DNA of 40,286 nt from contig DATINY010000333.1 of assembly GCA_035473755.1 (NCBI GenBank), positions 1-40,286 of the forward strand, in the 5' to 3' direction. Positions 19,732-28,262 of the stretch are shown here, piece by piece; position 1 is the first letter of the stretch; each line of letters opens with the position of its first letter. Under the pieces are notes generated by a model. The model saw nothing but the letters and a program-made list of their open reading frames with translations, searched no databases and was not told the DNA's origin. The stretch is from Streptosporangiaceae bacterium. Its GTDB lineage: Bacteria > Actinomycetota > Actinomycetes > Streptosporangiales > Streptosporangiaceae. A program made the position numbers and the translations under genes.

Positions 19732-20927
19732 TCACTGATCACGGGGGCCGACGCCACGGGAGGCGCCCGGCGCCCCCCGGCCCTCGCGCTGCGCGCGGTC
19801 ACGGATGCCGTCCCGGCGCCCGTTGCCGGGCATCCGCTGCGCGCGCCCCGAGGCCCCCCGGGTGCGCGCGTCGTAGGCCTCGTAGGCGTTGACGATGTCA
19901 CTGACCAGCCGGTGCCGGACCACGTCGTGGCTGTTCAGCCGGGCGAAGTAGATGTCTTCGACGCCGTCGAGGATCTCCTGCACGAGCTGCAGGCCGCCGG
20001 CCTGATTGGCCGGCAGGTCCACCTGGGTGATGTCGCCGGTCACCACCATCCTGGCGCCGAAGCCGAGCCGGGTGAGGAACATCTTCATCTGCTCGGGCGA
20101 GGTGTTCTGCGCCTCGTCCAGGAGGATGAACGAGTCGTTGAGGGTCCGCCCGCGCATGTAGGCGAGCGGCGCGACCTCGATCGTGCCGGCGGCCATCAGC
20201 CGGGGGATCGACTCCGGGTCGATCATGTCGTGCAGCGCGTCGTACAGGGGCCGCAGGTGGGGTCGATCTTCTCGTACAGGGTGCCGGGGAGGAAGCCGAG
20301 GCGCTCCCCCGCCTCCACCGCCGGCCGGGTGAGGATGATCCGGGTCACCTCCTTGGCCTGCAGCGCCTTCACCGCCTTGGCCATGGCCAGGTAGGTCTTC
20401 CCGGTCCCGGCCGGGCCGATGCAGAAGACGATCGTGTGCTGGTCGATGGCGTCCACGTACCGCTTCTGGTTGAGCGTCTTGGGGCGGATCGTCCGGCCGC
20501 GGGAGGACAGGATGTCGAGGGTCAGCACCTCCGCCGGGCGCACGCCCGATTTGCGGCGGAGCATGGGCACGATCCGCTCCACCGCGCCGGCCGTGAGCTC
20601 CGCGCCCCCGGCCAGCAGGGCGGTGAGCTCCTCGAACAGCTCGGCTACCAGCGCCGTCTCGGCCGGTGCGCCGGAGATCGTGATCTCGTTGCCCCGGACG
20701 TGGATGTCGGCGTCGAACGAGTCCTCGATCACCCGCAGCAGCTCGTCGCCGGATCCCAGCAGGGCGACCATCGAGTGCTCATCGGGGATGACGACCTTGA
20801 CCTGGGTAGGCTCGCCAGCCGGTGGGCCGGCCGGGGTTTCCCCGCGGATGCGGTTCCGGGAATCGCCGGACGTGTCTGTCAATTCGTTGTCTCCGAAGGG
20901 GCACCAGGCGCGTGCCCGCGCTCGCAT
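19732..20927 (-). pseudogene. phoH: PhoH-like ATPase interrupted by a 1-nt frameshift (or a sequencing error)
   Basis: The N-terminal ORF 20223..20927 (Walker [14 protein letters not shown]) ends ...[13 protein letters not shown] then [11 protein letters not shown]. The conserved continuation (H/Y)[41 protein letters not shown]...LDEAQNTS lies in another frame (ORF 19732..20226). The switch is at the GGGG run at 20259-20262. The likely true start is TTG at 20882, with GGAGAC upstream. Confidence 0.85.
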
Positions 20928-20964
20928 GCCCGCGCTCGCATGGTCCTCATGCTATCCACGCGGC

Positions 20965-21309
20965 TCAGCCCGGTGGCCAGCCGAGCGGCCGGCCACCGAG
21001 GACGTGGGCGTGGGCGTGGAACACCGTCTGCCCGGCCTGCGGCCCGGTGTTGAAGACCACCCGGTACCCGGTCTCGCTCACCCCTTCGTCCTCGGCGACC
21101 TTGTGCGCCAGGGCCGCCACCTCGTCCAGCAGGCCGTCGTCGGCGGCGGCGAGGGAGGCCAGGCCGGGATAATGGTCCTTCGGTATGACAAGCACATGGG
21201 TGGGCGCCTGCGGGTTGATGTCCCGGAAGGCCAGGGCGCGGTCCGTCTCGGCCACGCGCTGGGCCAGGACATCCCCCGCTACGATCGCGCAGAAAAGGCA
21301 ATCCGCCAC
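20965..21309 (-). CDS. HIT-family (histidine triad) nucleotide-binding protein
   Basis: CLFCAIVAGD...DINPQAPTHVLVIPKDH...HAHAHVLGG is the HxHxHxx triad. Confidence 0.9.
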   Translation of the reverse strand: MADCLFCAIVAGDVLAQRVAETDRALAFRDINPQAPTHVLVIPKDHYPGLASLAAADDGLLDEVAALAHKVAEDEGVSETGYRVVFNTGPQAGQTVFHAHAHVLGGRPLGWPPG

Positions 21310-21523
21310 GGAGCGATCTTAGCTTGTAACCCCCCGAACAGGCCGCCGACATATAAGGTGGCATGGTTGCGAATCCTCGGCGCACGCCCCCACTGCGCAT
21401 GGACCAAGCTGACAGGTTCCTCCCCGCGCAACGGATGCGTCGCCCGGATCGGTATACATCACAGGCACTTACGCCTGGATGGATGAGTTCTGGGGGTGGG
21501 TTCGGTGAGATCAGGCTGCCGGC

Positions 21524-22135
21524 ATGAACGCGGTGCCCAAGTTTGACATGGCTGCAGGTGAACCTGACGCGGGTCCAGCGCGTCCCATTCACGTGACCGA
21601 GGTCCTAGTGGCAGAAAGCGCGCTTGGTTCGGTGCCCGCGGAGTGGGATGCGGAGCAGGCTGTCACCGCGATGTACAGCACGCACTACCGCTCGCTGGTG
21701 CGCCTGGCCGCCCTGCTGGTGCGCGACGTCGCGACCGCTGAGGAAGTGGTCCAGGACTCCTTCATCGCCATGCACGGCGCCTGGCGGCGGCTGCGGGACA
21801 ACGACAAGGCCCTGTCCTACCTGCGCCAGTCGGTGGTGAACCGGTCACGGTCGGTCCTGCGGCACCGGGTGGTGGTCGACCGCAACGCCCCCAAGCCCGC
21901 ACCGGACATGCCCAGCGCCGAACAGGGGGCACTGACCCTGCTGGAGCGCACCGCCGTGGTCACGGCCCTGCGCTCCCTGCCACCACGCCAGCGCGAAGCG
22001 CTCGTGCTGCGCTACTACGGGGACCTTTCCGAAGCACAGATCGCCACCACCATGGGGATCAGCAGAGGCGCGGTCAAGAGTCACACCGCCCGGGCCATCG
22101 CGTCCTTGCGGACCGTACTGGAGATGGAGAAATGA
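21524..22135 (+). CDS. ECF-type RNA polymerase sigma-70 family factor, paralogue of 3324..3902
   Basis: EVVQDSFIAMHGAWRRLRDNDKALSYLRQSVVNRSRSVLRHR and LRSLPPRQREALVLRYYGDLSEAQIATTMGISRGAVKSHTARAIASL. The first ~28 codons have low third-position GC. An alternative start GTG at 21608 has GAGG 5 nt upstream. Confidence 0.85.
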   Translation: MNAVPKFDMAAGEPDAGPARPIHVTEVLVAESALGSVPAEWDAEQAVTAMYSTHYRSLVRLAALLVRDVATAEEVVQDSFIAMHGAWRRLRDNDKALSYLRQSVVNRSRSVLRHRVVVDRNAPKPAPDMPSAEQGALTLLERTAVVTALRSLPPRQREALVLRYYGDLSEAQIATTMGISRGAVKSHTARAIASLRTVLEMEK

Positions 22136-22175
22136 GAAGGGCCGGGGGGGCCGGAAACGGCCTGGAGCGTCACGC

Positions 22176-23015
22176 ATGACACCAGTTAATGGGGACATCG
22201 ACCAGATTCTCCGCCGTGCACTGCACGCGGAGGTGGATTCCGTCGAGCCCGAAGACGGTCTCGAGCGGATCCACCGGCGGACGCATGCGCCATGGCTGGT
22301 GCGGCAGGCATCACTGATGCTGACCGAGTGCGTGGACCTGGCCCGGCTGATCGTGATCCGGCTCGAGCCGGCGTTCACCGGCCTGCGCACCACCATTGCC
22401 GAACGCGGCGGGCCATGGGCGGCGCTCGCCGGCCTGCTGAGTTCGACGGTGGCCAGCATCGTCGCCCTGTTCAAGCCGCCATCACGCGTTCCCGGCCACG
22501 GACACCGGGGCCCCCGCTCAGGCTCCAACCTGGGCTGGCTGCGGCCCGCCCTGGCGGTGGCGGGCGCCGTGGTGATCGTCGTCGCCGGGGTCTACGGCCT
22601 CGCCCAGGTGCGGGACAACCTGGTGCTCGAGCTCTTCCCCAGCGGCACCCCGGCCAGCCACGGTCCCGGCAGCTCGGGCGGGAGCCAGGCGCCCACCCTG
22701 AACGGGCAGTCCGTCCCGTCTGGCGCCGTGCCCACCAGCGGCCAGACCGGGTCCGCCCGGCCGTCGCCGGACGCCAGCTGCTCAAAGGCCCCGAAGGCTC
22801 AGTCCACACCGACCCCATCGGCGAGCGACAGTTCCACCCCCACGGACACGCCAACCCCGGTACCGACCGATACCACCGTCCCGACGTCGCCCGCCCCGGC
22901 GCCCACCGACACCGCATCGACCAGCGCGGTGTCGCTCGGCGGCTCGGGCATCCACACGGTGGCGAACTTCGCATCCGCCAGCTGCAAGTCGGCCAGCCCG
23001 TCCCAGAGCTCGTAG
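22176..23015 (+). CDS. membrane-anchored protein with Ser/Thr/Pro-rich extracytoplasmic tail; candidate partner of the upstream sigma factor
   Basis: GGAG lies 8 nt upstream of the ATG. The N-terminus MTPVNGDIDQILRRALHAEVDSVEPEDGLERIHRR resembles that of 3899..5230. There is one TM segment (LRPALAVAGAVVIVVAGVYGLA), then low-complexity TPTPSASDSSTPTDTPTPVPTDTTVPTSPAPAPTD. Confidence 0.6.
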   Translation: MTPVNGDIDQILRRALHAEVDSVEPEDGLERIHRRTHAPWLVRQASLMLTECVDLARLIVIRLEPAFTGLRTTIAERGGPWAALAGLLSSTVASIVALFKPPSRVPGHGHRGPRSGSNLGWLRPALAVAGAVVIVVAGVYGLAQVRDNLVLELFPSGTPASHGPGSSGGSQAPTLNGQSVPSGAVPTSGQTGSARPSPDASCSKAPKAQSTPTPSASDSSTPTDTPTPVPTDTTVPTSPAPAPTDTASTSAVSLGGSGIHTVANFASASCKSASPSQSS

Positions 23016-23051
23016 CCGCCGGCTAGGGCGCACCCCGCAGCGTCAGCGCGG

Positions 23052-23096
23052 GCTGGTCACCGCCGTGCTAGTCACCACCGGGCTAGTCACCACCGG
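23052..23096 (-). repeat. 15-bp tandem repeat x3 (gctagtcaccaccgg x2 plus variant gctggtcaccgccgt) spanning the rsmE stop codon
   Basis: Read directly from the sequence. On the minus strand each unit carries an in-frame TGA, at 15-nt spacing. Confidence 0.75.
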
Positions 23097-23947
23097 CCAG
23101 CCCGGCTGAGCATGACCGACGCGGCGACCAGCCCGGCGGTGGAGGTCCGCAGCACGGTGGGGCCCAGGTGGGCAGCCATGGCACCGGCCCCGGCCAGCGC
23201 AGCCGTCTCGGCCGGGCTCAGGCCGCCCTCCGGGCCGACGATCACCACCAGATCGCCCGACGATGGCAGCGGCACCGTGCTCAGCGCGCTGTCGGCGCCC
23301 GGATCGAGCAGCACGGCCAGGGCCGCCGACTCCACGGCGCGGATCACGTCCGGCGTGGACGCGAGCCCGGCTACTTCCGGGAACCGGGTCCGCCGGGCCT
23401 GCTTGGCGGCCTCGCGGGCGGTCGCCCGCCAGCGCGCCAGCGCCCGCTCCCCGCGCTCACCATGCCACTGGGTGACGCAGCGCTGCGCGGCCCAGGGCAC
23501 GATCACGTCCACCCCCGCCTCGGTCATCAGCTCCACCGCCAGCGGGCCGCGGTCCCCCTTGGGCAGCGCCTGCACCACCACCACCGCGGGGTTGGCGGGC
23601 GGCTCCGCCCGGCGCGACCGGACGGCGAGATGCAGCACGCCGCCCCCGGCCTGCGTGACCACGCACTCGGCGAGATTACCCGCCCCATCGGTCACGTCCA
23701 CCCGCTCCCCCGGGGTGAGACGGCGGACCGTGGCGCCGTGGCGGCCCTCCGGGCCGGACAGGACGATCACATCGCCGCCCAGCTCACCAGCCGGGGCGAG
23801 GAAGACCGGCGGCCGTGCGTCCCGGCCCTGCTCACCCCGGTCCGGTGCTTCCCGGCCCGTGGTCTCCTCGCTTCGGGTCTCGCCGCCTGGTGCGGCTGCC
23901 CGGTCAGCGGCCGTTGAACGCGTCCCGCAGCCGGGAGAAGAACCCAT
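23087..23947 (-). CDS. rsmE: 16S rRNA (uracil1498-N3)-methyltransferase RsmE
   Basis: [31 protein letters not shown] is the N-terminal PUA-like part. The C-terminus is [15 protein letters not shown]...[12 protein letters not shown]. There is no ATG/GTG/TTG in frame between the dnaJ stop and the conserved PVFL, so the start must be ATG at 23947 or 23986, overlapping the dnaJ 3' end. Confidence 0.85.
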   Translation of the reverse strand: MGSSPGCGTRSTAADRAAAPGGETRSEETTGREAPDRGEQGRDARPPVFLAPAGELGGDVIVLSGPEGRHGATVRRLTPGERVDVTDGAGNLAECVVTQAGGGVLHLAVRSRRAEPPANPAVVVVQALPKGDRGPLAVELMTEAGVDVIVPWAAQRCVTQWHGERGERALARWRATAREAAKQARRTRFPEVAGLASTPDVIRAVESAALAVLLDPGADSALSTVPLPSSGDLVVIVGPEGGLSPAETAALAGAGAMAAHLGPTVLRTSTAGLVAASVMLSRAGRW

Positions 23948-25040
23948 GCTGGCCGGGCGCGAACCTGCCCGGCGGGGCCTCCTCACCCCGGAGCTTGGCC
24001 AGCTGCTTGAGCAGTGCCTCCTGCTCCTCGTCGATCTTGGCCGGCGTCTCCACCGTCACGTGGATGACCAGGTCACCGCGCCCGGAATCGTTCAGGTGCC
24101 GCACTCCCAGCCCATAAAGCGGGATGACCTGGCCGGACTGCGTGCCCGGGCGGATGTCCAGGTCCCTGGCGCCGTCCAGCGTCTCCACCGACAAGGTCGC
24201 CCCGAGGGCGGCGGACACCATCGGGATCGTGACCGTGCAGTGAAGATCGTCTCCCTGGCGCTCGAAGATCGAGTGCGGCCGCTGGACGATCTCGAGGAAC
24301 AGGTCGCCGGGCGGCCCGCCACCGGGGCCGATCTCCCCCTCGCCCGCGAGCTGGATGTGGGTCCCGTCCTCGACACCCGCCGGGATCCGGACCTTGATGG
24401 TGCGGCGGGTGCGCACCCGGCCGTCCGCGTCGCATTCGGGGCATGGCCGCCGGATGATGGTGCCGTAGCCGCCGCAGGCGGGGCATGGCCGGGAGGTCAT
24501 CACCTGGCCGAGGAAGGACCTGGCGACCTGGCTTACCTCGCCCCGGCCGGCGCACACGTCGCAGGTCTCGGGATGGGTCCCGGGCGCGGTGCCCTCGCCC
24601 GAGCAGGTCGGGCAGACCACGGCGGTGTCCACCACCAGCTCCCTGGTCGCCCCGAACGCGCATTCGGAGAGGTCGAGGTCGACCCGGATGGTGGCGTTGC
24701 GGCCCCGGCGAGCGCGGCTGCGCGGCCCCCGCGAGCCCGAGCCGGTGCCGAAGAACGCGTCCATGATGTCGCTGAATGGGAACCCGGCGCCGAACCCGCC
24801 CGGCGCGCCCGGCCCGGCCCCGGGCCGGGCAAACGGGTCGGCGCCCAGGTCGTACATCTGGCGCTTCTCCGGGTCGGAGAGCACCTCGTAGGCCTGCGTG
24901 ATCTCCTTGAACCGCTCCTGGGTCTGCGGGTCCGGGTTGACATCCGGATGCAGCTCCCGCGCGAGCCGGCGGTAAGCCTTCTTGATCTCGTCGGGACTCG
25001 CGTCGCGGCGGATGCCGAGTATCCCGTAGTAGTCGTTCAC
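23904..25040 (-). CDS. dnaJ: molecular chaperone DnaJ (hrcA-linked copy)
   Basis: The J domain is [35 protein letters not shown]. There is a G/F-rich linker and four CxxCxGxG zinc-finger repeats. Confidence 0.95.
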   Translation of the reverse strand: MNDYYGILGIRRDASPDEIKKAYRRLARELHPDVNPDPQTQERFKEITQAYEVLSDPEKRQMYDLGADPFARPGAGPGAPGGFGAGFPFSDIMDAFFGTGSGSRGPRSRARRGRNATIRVDLDLSECAFGATRELVVDTAVVCPTCSGEGTAPGTHPETCDVCAGRGEVSQVARSFLGQVMTSRPCPACGGYGTIIRRPCPECDADGRVRTRRTIKVRIPAGVEDGTHIQLAGEGEIGPGGGPPGDLFLEIVQRPHSIFERQGDDLHCTVTIPMVSAALGATLSVETLDGARDLDIRPGTQSGQVIPLYGLGVRHLNDSGRGDLVIHVTVETPAKIDEEQEALLKQLAKLRGEEAPPGRFAPGQHGFFSRLRDAFNGR

Positions 25041-25042
25041 GA

Positions 25043-26056
25043 TCAGGTCCCCGCCAGGATCTGGCCCACGTACCGTGCCACCGCGCGTACCGCTCCCATC
25101 GCCGTCGGGTAATCCATCCGGGTGGGCCCGAGCACGCCGAGCCGGGCCACCGCCTGGTCGCCGCTGCCGTAGCCGGCGACCACCAGGGAGGTGCTGCGCA
25201 GGCCGGCCACCGGGTTCTCGGCCCCGATCCGGACGGTCACCGCCGACTGGTCCACCGACTCACCCAGCAACCGCATGAGCACCACCTGCTCTTCAAGCGA
25301 TTCGAGAACCTCATGCAGGCCCTGGGAGAAATCGGCGGGGGTGAGGTTCGACGCCCCGCCGACCACGACCTTCTCCTCGTTCCGTTCGACCAGGTTTTCC
25401 AGGATCACCGAGAAAACAGCGGCGGCGTTCGGCCGTTCGCTGGGCTGGACCCGCTCCGGCAGGTCGGCGACCACCGAGGCTACCTCGGTCAGCATCCGCC
25501 CATCGAGGCAGGCGTTCAGAACCGCGCGCAGCTGGGTGACGGCGTCCTCCTCGATCGGCGCGGGCAGCTCCACCATGCGCTGCTGCACCCGGCCGGTGTC
25601 GGTGATCATCACCAGCAGCAGCCGCTTCGCCGCCAGCGGCACCAGCTCCACGTGCCGGATCGACGACCTGGTCAGGGAGGGATACTGCACCACCGCCACC
25701 TGCCGCGTCAGCTGGGCCAGCAGGCGTACGGTGCGCGTGACCACGTCGTCCAGGTCGTAGGCGCCGGCCAGGAACGTCTCGATCGCCCGCCGCTCGGCGG
25801 CCGACAGCGGCTTGACCCCGGACAGGCGGTCGACGAACAGCCGGTACCCCTTGTCGGTGGGGATCCGGCCCGCGCTCGTGTGCGGCTGCGCGATGTATCC
25901 CTGCTCCTCGAGCACGGCCATGTCGTTACGGATGGTGGCGGGCGATACATCCAGGTGATGCCGGTCGACGAGCGACTTCGAGCCCACCGGTTCCATGGTG
26001 GACACGTAGTCCTGCACGATGGCGCGCAGCACGTCGAGCTTCCTGTCGTCGAGCAC
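25043..26056 (-). CDS. hrcA: heat-inducible transcription repressor HrcA
   Basis: [30 protein letters not shown] is the canonical HrcA N-terminus. GTG at 26056 has GAGGGG 5 nt upstream. The track start at 26236 would read through the CIRCE operator. Confidence 0.93.
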   Translation of the reverse strand: MLDDRKLDVLRAIVQDYVSTMEPVGSKSLVDRHHLDVSPATIRNDMAVLEEQGYIAQPHTSAGRIPTDKGYRLFVDRLSGVKPLSAAERRAIETFLAGAYDLDDVVTRTVRLLAQLTRQVAVVQYPSLTRSSIRHVELVPLAAKRLLLVMITDTGRVQQRMVELPAPIEEDAVTQLRAVLNACLDGRMLTEVASVVADLPERVQPSERPNAAAVFSVILENLVERNEEKVVVGGASNLTPADFSQGLHEVLESLEEQVVLMRLLGESVDQSAVTVRIGAENPVAGLRSTSLVVAGYGSGDQAVARLGVLGPTRMDYPTAMGAVRAVARYVGQILAGT

Positions 26057-26067
26057 GTATCCCCTCT

Positions 26068-26095
26068 CTGGCACTCGATCCTCCCGAGTGCCAAG
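26068..26095 (-). promoter_or_regulatory. CIRCE operator (HrcA binding site)
   Basis: The minus strand reads cTTGGCACTC-GGGAGGATC-GAGTGCCAG, against the consensus TTAGCACTC-N9-GAGTGCTAA. The GGCACTC/GAGTGCC arms are a perfect inverted repeat. The element ends 12 nt upstream of the hrcA GTG. Confidence 0.8.
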
Positions 26096-26292
26096 TCTAT
26101 GGCGGCCAGGGCGTCCTGGCACCGTTCCGCCCACACTGGCGGCCCGGCGGCCCGCGCTGAACTGGGCCGCATGATGCCACTCTGACTGAGGTGGCACGGC
26201 GGGCTGCCGCCGATCCGGTAGGTTCGTGCTCGGCATGATCTGTGCCCTGGCCGGCAGAGCGCTGCCGCCGGGCTGACCGACGGTGGAGCGGG

Positions 26293-27180
26293 ATGAGGCG
26301 GGACTACGGCCCTGACGTGCTCGCGGAAGGCGCAGGACGCCGCCGCCGTGCGGAGTTCCCGCAGGTGCCAGCCGAACGTGGACTCGTGGTGGAGGAGGCC
26401 GGCGGAGGCTTCTGCGGGGCCGTGGCCGAGTGCGAGAAGCAGCTCGTGACGCTCGAGGACCGGGCCGGCCGGCAGCGGGTGTTCCCGCTCACGCGGGGCG
26501 GGTTCCTGCTGGAGGGCAGGCCGGTCACCCTGGTCAGGCCGCGGCAGCCCGGGCTCCCCGCGGCCGCCCGGACGGCGTCGGGGTCGGTCGCGGCGCCGAG
26601 GGGTGCCGCGGGACCAGCCGCCCGGGCCCGGGTGGCCAGGGCCAGCCGGATCTATGTGGAGGGCCGCCAGGACGCCGACCTGGTCGAAAAGATCTGGGGA
26701 GACGACCTGCGCGAGGTGGGGGTGGTGGTCGAGTACCTGGCCGGGGTGGACCACCTGCCCTCGATCGTCGCCGGGTTCGCGCCCGGCCCCGCGCGCAGGC
26801 TCGGGGTCCTCGTCGACCACCTGGTGACCGGCAGCAAGGAGAGCCGGATCGCGGCCCAGGTCAGCTCGCCGCACGTGCTGGTGGTGGGCCACCCCTTCAT
26901 CGACATCTGGCAGGCGGTCAAGCCGGCCAGCCTCGGCATCGGTGCCTGGCCCGCCGTCCCGCGGGGAACGCCCTGGAAGGAAGGCGTGATGCAGGCCCTG
27001 GGCTGGGGCGGGGACACCGCCGCCGGATGGCGGAGGGTGCTCAGCGGCGCGGCCAGCTACGCCGACCTGGAGCCGACGCTGCTGGGCCGGGTCGAGGAAC
27101 TGATCGACTTCGTCACCGCGCCTGGAACCAGCGATCCGGCCGGGGCGTTTGAGGATCGAAGGCCCGCCGAGAAATCATGA
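26293..27180 (+). CDS. DUF3097-family protein
   Basis: [11 protein letters not shown]...[40 protein letters not shown]...[15 protein letters not shown]. This family is commonly found between hrcA and hemW in actinomycetes. ATG at 26293 has GGAG upstream; the track start at 26242 is probably too long. Confidence 0.8.
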   Translation: MRRDYGPDVLAEGAGRRRRAEFPQVPAERGLVVEEAGGGFCGAVAECEKQLVTLEDRAGRQRVFPLTRGGFLLEGRPVTLVRPRQPGLPAAARTASGSVAAPRGAAGPAARARVARASRIYVEGRQDADLVEKIWGDDLREVGVVVEYLAGVDHLPSIVAGFAPGPARRLGVLVDHLVTGSKESRIAAQVSSPHVLVVGHPFIDIWQAVKPASLGIGAWPAVPRGTPWKEGVMQALGWGGDTAAGWRRVLSGAASYADLEPTLLGRVEELIDFVTAPGTSDPAGAFEDRRPAEKS

Positions 27181-28247
27181 CCAGCCACCCACCCGAGCCG
27201 CCCGCCCCATGGCCGCCCCCTTCCCCGGAGGAAAGGCCGGCCGGCCGGGGCCAGCGTCCTGGAGCCCCGGAGGAAAGGCCGGCCGGCCGGGGCCAGCGTC
27301 CTGGAGCCCCTGAGGAATGGCCGGCTGCGCCCCGGCACCGGTACCCGGCGGACCAGCCGGGCAACGGCCACCGCGCGGCAGCCAGCTACCCGGCCAACGG
27401 GACGCCCCCGCCGCTGGCGGATTACCCGCCGGAGACCGGCTACCGGCCTCCGCCCGGCCATCCAGCCGGGGGCGGTTCCGGGCCAGGCGGCTACCCGGAC
27501 CTGCCCGACTACCCCCAGGACACCTACTCCCCGCGGGACACCTATTTCTCGGGCTACCCGCCGCCGCCCGGCTACCCTTCCACGCCGGACTACCCGGCCG
27601 CGGCCGGCTACCAGCCGGCCGGATATCCATCCAGCGGATACCCGCCCGGCGCCTACCCGGCCAATGGCTACCCGCCCGAGGCCTACCCGGCGACGGACCG
27701 GCCGCCGGGCGGCTACCCGGCAGGCGGATCCCAGGTGGTGGAGTTCCCGGCGGCCGACGGCGGCTGGGAGCATGCGGCTACCCCGGTCACTCACGAGGAG
27801 TACCTCCACCCCGGCGGCGGGGCCGCCGCCGGGGTGGATACGCTCCGGGCACGCCCGGGCCCGGCCGGCCCAGCCACGCCCGATGCGGCGGCCGGACCCC
27901 CGGACGTCGGCTGGGCCATGCTCGGCTACCTCACGGTGCCGGTCTCCGGCTTCCTGCTGCCGCTGGCCGTCTACCTGGCGTCCCTGCGCCGATCGCGCTG
28001 GCTCCGGGTGCACGCGGCCCAGGCGGTCAACGTCTGGCTCACCGTGACCCTGTACGAACTGTCCGCCGCGATCATCGGCGCGATGCTGGTGCTCGATTCC
28101 CCCCGGGTCGCGCTGACCGTCGTGGTGCCGCTGGTCGCCGCGCTGTGGCTGACGGCGCTGGCGTTCCTGGTGCGCGCGGCGGCGGCGGCGCGCCGTGGCC
28201 AGGTGTACGCCTTCCCCCGCTGGCTGTGCGCGCCGCTGGTGCGATAG
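27177..28247 (+). CDS. protein with a long Pro/Tyr/Gly-rich repetitive N-terminal region and a C-terminal DUF4870-like 3-4 TM domain
   Basis: ATGA overlap with the DUF3097 stop. About 200 aa of GYP/DYP-type repeats (GYPSTPDYPAAAGYQPAGYPSSGYPPGAYPANGYPPEAYP), then WAMLGYLTVPVSGFLLPLAVYLASLRRSRWLRVHAAQAVNVWLT. Confidence 0.7.
   Translation: MTSHPPEPPAPWPPPSPEERPAGRGQRPGAPEERPAGRGQRPGAPEEWPAAPRHRYPADQPGNGHRAAASYPANGTPPPLADYPPETGYRPPPGHPAGGGSGPGGYPDLPDYPQDTYSPRDTYFSGYPPPPGYPSTPDYPAAAGYQPAGYPSSGYPPGAYPANGYPPEAYPATDRPPGGYPAGGSQVVEFPAADGGWEHAATPVTHEEYLHPGGGAAAGVDTLRARPGPAGPATPDAAAGPPDVGWAMLGYLTVPVSGFLLPLAVYLASLRRSRWLRVHAAQAVNVWLTVTLYELSAAIIGAMLVLDSPRVALTVVVPLVAALWLTALAFLVRAAAAARRGQVYAFPRWLCAPLVR
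27223..27306 (+). repeat. 42-bp in-frame tandem duplication x2 (plus a degenerate third start) encoding PEERPAGRGQRPGA
   Basis: ccccggaggaaaggccggccggccggggccagcgtcctggag occurs at 27223 and again at 27265. Confidence 0.85.
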
Positions 28248-28262
28248 CCCGCGGGAGGCGTG

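Noticed and set aside
21362-21526. 54-codon ORF upstream of the second sigma gene, ending in an ATGA overlap with the 21524 ATG
   Set aside because: Third-position GC is about 60%, far below the coding genes here. The sigma gene itself probably starts further downstream (GTG at 21608), which removes the apparent coupling.
26057-26236. 60-codon N-terminal extension of hrcA in the track ORF
   Set aside because: It reads through the CIRCE operator and the RBS. The canonical HrcA N-terminus ([14 protein letters not shown]) begins at GTG 26056.
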